51,072 nucleotides of DNA, taken from the NCBI GenBank assembly GCA_964393065.1, contig CAYMRY010000001.1, positions 1 through 51,072 on the forward strand. Direction: 5' to 3'. This stretch comes from an uncultured Candidatus Saccharibacteria bacterium (GTDB lineage: Bacteria; Patescibacteriota; Minisyncoccia; Phycocordibacterales; UBA2100). Of the stretch, positions 46,245 through 51,072 are shown in pieces. The translations under genes were made by a program, and so were the position numbers. How positions within the stretch are numbered: the stretch's first letter is position 1; every line of letters starts with the position of its first letter. The notes beneath the pieces are model-generated. The model worked only from the letters and a program-made list of their open reading frames with translations. It ran no database searches and was not told the origin of the DNA.

Positions 46245-46563
46245 TCCGCGGTGGCGCAACGGTAGCGCAGCTCGCTGTCAATGGCAGCTCTTTGGAGGAA
46301 TCCAAAGATGTATAACGAGGAGAATTGCTGGAAGCCCAAACCGTCATTGGTGGGTAATCAGCAGCCGAGACCCACGAGATAGCGCAAGCTTTATCTCACG
46401 GGTAAGGTTCAGAGACTATCCGAAAGGAGTAGGCCGGTAACGGTCGAAGCACCTCGCATCCCATCAGTCGAATGACTAAGGATGATGATATAGTCCACCC
46501 CCTTTAGAAATTTAGGGATAATGTGTAACGAGTTGGTTGTAGGTTCGAATCCTACCCGCGGAG
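46245..46563 (+). tRNA. tRNA-Asn (anticodon GUU after splicing) interrupted by a group I intron
   Basis: Exons are 46245-46278 and 46526-46563 (72 nt spliced). Acceptor TCCGCGG/CCGCGGA, D arm GCGC-AACGGTA-GCGC, anticodon stem GCTCG/CGAGT, T arm GTAGG-TTCGAAT-CCTAC, discriminator G. The spliced loop reads CT-GTT-AA. U1-A72 plus G73 fit Asn identity. Confidence 0.75.
46279..46525 (+). ncRNA. group I intron in the anticodon loop (between positions 35 and 36)
   Basis: 247 nt. P1 forms ctgT/Gcag with a U-G pair at the 5' splice site. P2 is ctttgga-GGAA-tccaaag. Core elements GTTCAGAGACTA (46408-46419) and GATATAGTCC (46487-46496) are present, with a GCAA-capped hairpin at 46377-46397 and a terminal G at 46525. 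Confidence 0.85.
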
Positions 46564-46723
46564 CTAGAAATCAGTTGGACCCCGAAGCATGTCTTCGGGG
46601 TCTTACTGTTTCTCTCCGTCGGTAGGATTCGAAGGCGAGCCCGAGGATCCATTCAGTAGAATGGATCGGGCGAGCGTGGTCAGGCGAAGTTTTGATTCGA
46701 CGGAATCAAAACGAGTGCTTGAC
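46564..46723 (+). repeat. tRNA-trailing structured element, copy Asn-1
   Basis: H1 gaccccgaag-catgt-cttcggggtc (46578-46602), antisense-core tccgtcggtaggattcg (46615-46631), AA-GGCGAGC, H2 gatccattc-agta-gaatggatc (46646-46667), GGCGAGCG, then H3 ggtcagg...gtttt-gattc-GACG-gaatc-aaaac...cttgacc (46678-46724). Confidence 0.7.
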
Positions 46724-46740
46724 CGAATCCTACCCGCGGA
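46724..46740 (+). repeat. 17-nt exact copy of the tRNA-Asn 3' end
   Basis: cgaatcctacccgcgga is identical to 46546-46562. Confidence 0.9.
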
Positions 46741-46884
46741 CTCAAAACGAGTGCGACACGGTTTCGTTAGGATTCGAAAAGAAATTCGGGGCGCCCATTC
46801 AGTAGAACGGGTCGAATTTATAGGGTCGAGAAATTATCACAATCGACGGAGCGAAAAATGTTCTTGACCGAACCTAGCTGCGGA
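46741..46884 (+). repeat. tRNA-trailing structured element, copy Asn-2, plus decayed tRNA-Asn 3' fragment
   Basis: ttaggattcg-AA, a decayed H2 (cccattc-agta-gaacggg), then H3 ggtcgagaa...atcGACGGag...ttcttgacc (46824-46869). It ends in cgaacctagctgcgga (46869-46884), a diverged copy of cgaatcctacccgcgga. Confidence 0.55.
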
Positions 46885-46925
46885 CAAAATGATACCTGAC
46901 CCTGTTATTTCATTTCCTCTTTCAA

Positions 46926-47945
46926 CTAATTATCGCGCCGATTTCTTCGGCCTGTATACTGGTTTTTTTGTTCCTCAATATACCGTTTCTGATCAAGAAG
47001 CCGTTCCTCAACAAAGGTTTTATCCTTCAGTAACTCTGGATGTTTACGTGCCCAAGCATCAACTGAAATAAACAAGCCTGTGAGTTGCTGTATAAAAGAA
47101 TTGTAAAAGGAATCAAAGTCGTCAAAACCTTGAAAAAGCGTCTTGAATTTTCGATCCGTTTTTCCCTCAAGAACTTTTTCGAATATCGCCCGCATGTGTC
47201 TTTTCCCCGCTCCACCATAGAAGCGCTCTTTGAGCATCTCAAGTTTTGCAAGGTAAATACGTATTGTTTCACGCGATTGACCACTCTTGAAAAAATCTTC
47301 TATATCAATTTTTGGGAGCGCGTTGAAATGCGAGACATGGAAATCGAAGAAATACACCTTCGAATAATTATCTGAGACATGCATGTTGATGACATGGTTT
47401 TTTATTCGATCTGGATAGCGACCGTACCCGAACTCCAAGTTAGTCTCGAGACTATGGTCTTCGTCTCCAAAAATCGTTCGCAAAAGGAGCACGTCGGCTT
47501 CAATCTCGGCAAACGAATGCTCGTGCTCGACACGGTTCATATCGCCGTCCCTGTAAAAAGCGTAGTATTTTGTCTTCGTAATGAACGGCGTTAATGAACT
47601 CAAGGGCCATTTCTCGACATGGAAATCAGTAACTGGAATAATTCCTTTCAAAATCAAAGACACTGCGTATTGTGTTTGAGGATACTTCTCACTCTCTATT
47701 TCATGTAAATACTCACCATTTGGTCCACGTAGTCTTACTCCGGGCATTTCGTACGATATTGTTCCTGATGGCGAATATTGCGAAAACTCAGTCTCGATTC
47801 GTGTTGCTCTTTCTTTCAGCCCTGGTTGTGGCAATGGAGTAGTCGTCATTGGGTCAATCCTGTTCTCATCCGCATTCTTACGTATTTCTCGGACGAGATC
47901 AGGAGAGATTGTTTTGTGGATGAGGCGTCGCTTCTCGATACTCAT
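46926..47945 (-). CDS. hypothetical protein (island cargo)
   Basis: 339-aa ORF between element copies Asn-2 and Asn-3, visibly AT-rich. No family recognised. FGDEDHSLETN ... YFFDFH is vaguely kinase-catalytic-loop-like. Confidence 0.5.
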   Translation of the reverse strand: MSIEKRRLIHKTISPDLVREIRKNADENRIDPMTTTPLPQPGLKERATRIETEFSQYSPSGTISYEMPGVRLRGPNGEYLHEIESEKYPQTQYAVSLILKGIIPVTDFHVEKWPLSSLTPFITKTKYYAFYRDGDMNRVEHEHSFAEIEADVLLLRTIFGDEDHSLETNLEFGYGRYPDRIKNHVINMHVSDNYSKVYFFDFHVSHFNALPKIDIEDFFKSGQSRETIRIYLAKLEMLKERFYGGAGKRHMRAIFEKVLEGKTDRKFKTLFQGFDDFDSFYNSFIQQLTGLFISVDAWARKHPELLKDKTFVEERLLDQKRYIEEQKNQYTGRRNRRDN

Positions 47946-48040
47946 ATACTAAGTATACAGCGAAATTACCATCGATCCGACCACAGCTTTTAAACTCGTT
48001 TGTTGCTTGTTACGATCGAAAGTACTGAACTCGTCGCATC

Positions 48041-48218
48041 TCGGGAGCTAGAAATCAGTTGGACCCAAAACATGTCTTAGGGGTCTTACTGTTTCAAGGT
48101 CGGTAGGATTCGAAAGACGGAGGCGGTCTACACGCAGGCTTGCGTGACGCCGAGTCGGGGTCGCGGAATTTTGTGAGTGACGGCGAGCAAAATATCTGTA
48201 ACCGAATCCTACCTTCGA
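48041..48218 (+). repeat. tRNA-trailing structured element, copy Asn-3, with decayed tRNA-Asn end on both sides
   Basis: tcgggag (cf. cgcggag) is followed by ctagaaatcagttggaccc..., nearly identical to 46564-46633. Then gtaggattcg (48103-48112), GGAGGCGG, H2 cacgca-ggct-tgcgtg (48131-48146), GCCGAGTC, H3 ggtcgcgga...gtGACGGcg...ctgtaacc, ending in cgaatcctaccttcga (48203-48218). Confidence 0.6.
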
Positions 48219-48388
48219 CTCCTTATTTAAAAAGAAATGCCTAGTTCGCCTTAGCGACATCACTCGACCACAGAGCCTAATAACACCACTGTTTCTCGTA
48301 TTTTGAGGTGCTTAGCTCCATTTTATTGTATGGTGTGACCAAGTGAGATCATTGGTAATGTTAGGCATTTTGATAGAATACTTGAACG

Positions 48389-49162
48389 ATGCGAAGGACC
48401 TCAAAAAAGAAACTTACTACGATCCCAGGACCAATTGGTCGGCTTCAGGCAGCTGGTGGCTATGCAACTATATTCCAGAAAACAACCAAGGCCGTAAAAG
48501 AAAAATTTCCCAGGGAAAATGATGACCATGCTTTCGGCCATTATTACGCTACTCGAACAAGCTCAATAAATACCCTCTTCCAATTTTACGTCGACCTTTT
48601 TGAACATCTCGATATTTCAATTGGGACCGTGCGCACCTTAAGACAAGCGCACTGGACACTCCGTTTGCATCAGGCTAATAGAACAAAAAAGGCGTTTGAA
48701 CGAAACGTTGTATTTGCGCTTAAAATAATAAAAAACGCTGACGAACAATTCAAGCCTAAAGTTTCGTTACTAAGTCGTATTGAATGCATCCGACTTCACG
48801 AAGCAATGCAGTGCCTTAGTTCGCAATGTCATTTAAGCGCAGTGGTGATGGCGGTATCAGCTGTAGAGCATAGACTTCATAAGATTGTGGAAAAAACAGA
48901 CTCAGTATTGTATGCGGCTAATTTTGCCGATGCAACACTCGGAGGCATCATTCAATTATTCCAACGAGATCACTATAAAGATGCGAAATTCCAACCTTTT
49001 AAACAGATTCTTCCGGATAAGCACAAGCCTCTTATGGAAATGCTAAATATCTACCGCATCTTTACAGCGCATCCAAAGGATGAAAATGTAACGCACCAAA
49101 CTGCTGCAGCCATTCTCTCTCTATCATTCTTGTTGTTAACAGATAAGTCTCTAAAAATTTGA
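48389..49162 (+). CDS. hypothetical protein with a DUF4145-like C-terminal half (tentative)
   Basis: 257 aa. LHEAMQCLSSQCHLSAVVMAVSAVEHRLHKIV ... LGGIIQLF ... LNIYRIFTAHPKD resembles the DUF4145 helical pattern. Weak call. Confidence 0.4.
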   Translation: MRRTSKKKLTTIPGPIGRLQAAGGYATIFQKTTKAVKEKFPRENDDHAFGHYYATRTSSINTLFQFYVDLFEHLDISIGTVRTLRQAHWTLRLHQANRTKKAFERNVVFALKIIKNADEQFKPKVSLLSRIECIRLHEAMQCLSSQCHLSAVVMAVSAVEHRLHKIVEKTDSVLYAANFADATLGGIIQLFQRDHYKDAKFQPFKQILPDKHKPLMEMLNIYRIFTAHPKDENVTHQTAAAILSLSFLLLTDKSLKI

Positions 49163-49381
49163 TATCAGCATTACCAATCACGTTAGTGCGATTTTTAGCA
49201 CTTAGCAACACAATTGAATGTCAATTTGGTTCCAACTTCGTCCCAAACCCCGAGCCGTCATCATTTGTTGGTGTTTGTTGCCAGCAAAATTTTAAGTAAT
49301 TGACTACGCCAATATCATATGGCAACGTTGCCCGGGGACTTCTAATCCCAGTAAGTGTTTGCAAAAAGAGGAGCGATCGCA

Positions 49382-49714
49382 ATGACGACCCTAAATGAAG
49401 TGGGTGGAGTGCGCGTTTTCGGCAAAGGCCAGGAAACCTGGTCGACCAAGGAGGGGCGTATGATTGCCTCCATGCGGGCGGTATTCGATTCGGACCTTCC
49501 GGTTCCCGATGTCGAGAAGGACGAATTGGGTCCGTATTTCGTCTTGCCGTGTCATCGCGGCAAGAAGGACTACGAGATTCATCTTCTGGAAACCGGAGAG
49601 GCCATCGTCATCAAGGACGGAGGGATGCATCTCTGCACCCAGCGCGACGGCCAACCGCAGGTGCTGAGATACGAACCGCTTCCAGCATACCAGGAAGCAG
49701 CACACACCAGATAA
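49382..49714 (+). CDS. hypothetical protein
   Basis: ATG at 49382 is preceded by gaggag (the ORF track starts at 49355). Visibly GC-rich, no family recognised. Confidence 0.4.
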   Translation: MTTLNEVGGVRVFGKGQETWSTKEGRMIASMRAVFDSDLPVPDVEKDELGPYFVLPCHRGKKDYEIHLLETGEAIVIKDGGMHLCTQRDGQPQVLRYEPLPAYQEAAHTR

Positions 49715-49950
49715 TCGAACTTCGTTCCGCCGAAGCCGCCCCACAAAGGCGGCTTCTTCTTTAAACAGTTGGCACCACCACCCTTTCCGCATTGAAAAAG
49801 GTTCGAAGATCAAAAGCCCAGGGGAGCATTGGTATTTGTTAGCGTTTGTTGGTATTGTTGGCGCACGTTCTTTCATATCTCAAATCCTGGAGGTGTCTCG
49901 TGAACTGTATAAACGCGTGCTTCAGATCTGACGATCCGCGAGGCCGTGCG

Positions 49951-50592
49951 ATGAGCAATTTTTCATCTCACCCGTTTGTCCTCGACGGTGTTCGTTGCAA
50001 GACGGTGGAGGCGTTCATTCAGGGGATTAAGTTTCCGTCGGATGATCCACGTCGCGATCAAATCTTTAACATGGATGGACTTCCCGCATGGAAGATGCGC
50101 ATCCATGCCAAGGGCGACTACGTGTGGTGGAACGGAGATCAGATCATCTATCGTTCGCCAGAGCACTCTGCCCTGATCAAACGGGCCATCGAAGCAAAGT
50201 TTGCGCAGAATCCGGAAGCAATGGAGGCGCTCACGTCGACCAAAGATCTCGTGATTATTCACGAGCCCGGCGGTACAAAAAAACGCAAAAACGGGGACAA
50301 ACAAAAACGGGGACAGGCACAGTTAATTCAAAATAAGAGTGGTATAGTAATTTTCATGGCACGCGTCGCACGCGTAGATGTTGGTGATCAGGTGTACCAC
50401 GTACTCAATCGCGCTATGGGACGTCTGCAAATATTTAACACGACTGAAGACTACAAACTTTTCCTGCATCTCTTGCGTGAAGCAAAAGAAATGACGGACA
50501 TGCGCGTTCTTTCTTTTGTTGTTATGCCAAATCATTGGCATCTACTTCTGTATCCTAGAAACGACGGTAACATGGCACTCTTCATGCACTAG
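49951..50592 (+). CDS. NADAR (DUF1768/YbiA-like) domain gene whose 3' end runs into the inserted RAYT element
   Basis: From ATG 49951: FSSHPFVLDGVRCKTVEAFIQGIKF ... IKRAIEAKFAQNPEAMEALTSTKDLVIIHE is a NADAR-like pattern. There is no stop before the reading frame enters IR-L (50306) and the transposase frame, so it reads as one fused ORF up to the TAG at 50590. Confidence 0.5.
   Translation: MSNFSSHPFVLDGVRCKTVEAFIQGIKFPSDDPRRDQIFNMDGLPAWKMRIHAKGDYVWWNGDQIIYRSPEHSALIKRAIEAKFAQNPEAMEALTSTKDLVIIHEPGGTKKRKNGDKQKRGQAQLIQNKSGIVIFMARVARVDVGDQVYHVLNRAMGRLQIFNTTEDYKLFLHLLREAKEMTDMRVLSFVVMPNHWHLLLYPRNDGNMALFMH
50306..50325 (+). repeat. left inverted repeat of the RAYT unit
   Basis: Exact 20-nt reverse complement of 51051-51070. 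Overlaps the second of two 14-nt direct repeats caaaaacggggaca (50286-50299, 50302-50315). Confidence 0.85.
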
Positions 50593-51027
50593 CTAACCAA
50601 TTCCCACACGCGTCGCGTACACACCCTTACAAACACCATTGGAACCGGACCTCTCTATCAAGGGCGCTACAAGTCTTTCATCACGAAAGACGATTCACAT
50701 CTCCTAACCGTATTAAAATACATTGAGCGCAACCCTGTGCGAGCACGACTTGAATCTAATGCTGAATCATGGCTCTGGGGAAGCGCGTGGTTGCGTCTGA
50801 ACGGTACCCTAGTGCAGAAGCGTCTTATATCTGAACCACCCGTCGAGCTACCCCGCGCATACCGCACATGGATCAATACTCCGGACTGTGACAAGGATTT
50901 GGAAGCAGTACGCAAGTCAGTTATTCGAGGTACTCCCTACGGCACTGAGAGCTGGGTCGAGCACATGGTAGATATATACAAGCTCACCGCTACCGTGCGC
51001 AAACCAGGGCGACCAAAGTCGGTATAG
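50356..51027 (+). pseudogene. Y1 (HUH) transposase, IS200/RAYT family, interrupted by one in-frame TAG
   Basis: MARVARVDVGDQVYHVLNR ... VVMPNHWHLLLYP (HUH motif), then TAG at 50590-50592. The same frame continues LTNSHTRR ... GPLYQGRYKSF ... LKYIERNPVRA (catalytic Tyr region) to the stop at 51025-51027. Confidence 0.75.
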
Positions 51028-51050
51028 ATTACACCATAACATTTCAGCAA

Positions 51051-51070
51051 TAACTGTGCCTGTCCCCGTT
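51051..51070 (-). repeat. right inverted repeat of the RAYT unit
   Basis: Exact reverse complement of 50306-50325. The window ends 2 nt later, so the outer flank is not visible. Confidence 0.85.
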
Positions 51071-51072
51071 CC

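Larger units (their letters stand above)
50306..51070 (+). mobile_element. IS200-like / REP-associated tyrosine transposase (RAYT) unit bounded by 20-bp perfect inverted repeats
   Basis: IR-L aacggggacaggcacagtta (50306-50325) is the exact reverse complement of IR-R taactgtgcctgtccccgtt (51051-51070). They enclose a single Y1-transposase-like gene. Confidence 0.7.

Noticed and set aside
46245-46285. The unspliced DNA shows a contiguous anticodon loop CT-GTC-AA, which would make this a tRNA-Asp.
   Set aside because: The downstream sequence cannot complete a cloverleaf without removing 247 nt. Group I splice rules (a U before the 5' splice site paired to G in P1, and a terminal intron G) favour cutting after ctgT and rejoining at taa. 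That gives GUU, and the U1-A72/G73 acceptor fits Asn rather than Asp.
49846-49950. The N-terminal extension of the NADAR-like ORF, and the single 248-aa fusion protein shown in the ORF track.
   Set aside because: The extension is hydrophobic and Cys-rich with no signal features, and the NADAR-like similarity begins right after the ATG at 49951. The fusion to the transposase frame is explained by the IR-bounded insertion.
50590-50592. The in-frame TAG in the RAYT gene as stop-codon recoding.
   Set aside because: TAG terminates other well-supported genes in the window (for example the GH26-like gene and 12607..13218). A single-nucleotide TGG-to-TAG mutation is the simpler explanation.
50306-51070. 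The RAYT as the mobilising enzyme for the tRNA-trailing elements.
   Set aside because: Its 20-nt inverted repeats (acggggacaggcacagtta-type) share no similarity with any part of the tRNA-trailing elements. The gene is also interrupted.

Overview
This is a compact, gene-dense bacterial chromosome segment, mostly minus-strand, using the standard genetic code (TAG, TAA and TGA all end long ORFs). Trimmed-down enzymes, a giant surface protein and an intron-containing tRNA suggest a small-genome CPR/Patescibacteria-like organism; that placement is inference only. All product calls come from reading motifs by eye, with no database search.

Core genes recognised:
- pyrC-pyrD.
- A 2-hydroxyacid dehydrogenase / glycerate kinase / enolase / A-domain-only pyruvate kinase operon.
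- A P-type ATPase, a speA-like decarboxylase and greA.
- mreB-mreC-mreD-PBP2, plus a second mreB paralog.
- proS, rseP, frr, a holB-like gene, def-fmt, hpf and a DUF167 gene.

About 30.4-45 kb is a glycan-centred accessory block:
- A secreted GH26-like hydrolase.
- A 2149-aa surface protein: sugar-dehydrogenase propeller, PKD, Ig-like spacers, six CBM-like modules and a split CE4 deacetylase.
- A tightly coupled processive GT2 synthase and small 2-TM protein.
- A nucleotidyltransferase, an APH-like kinase, a DUF218 protein and a DUF2334-like protein.

About 45-51 kb is a mosaic island at tRNA-Asn, containing a SciP/DUF1153-like gene, orphan ORFs, a NADAR-like gene and an inverted-repeat-flanked IS200/RAYT-like pseudogene.

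The most notable observation concerns the three tRNA genes (Ala-GGC, Pro-GGG, and Asn-GUU, which carries a group I intron):
- Each is trailed by one to three copies of an unclassified ~130-160-nt structured element, seven copies in total.
- The copies are interleaved with 17-18-nt copies of the tRNA 3' end.
- The hairpins covary, and their G-U pairs form only on the tRNA-sense strand.
- The elements contain an internal segment complementary to the tRNA 3' strand.

I could not assign this element to any RNA or mobile-element family I know.
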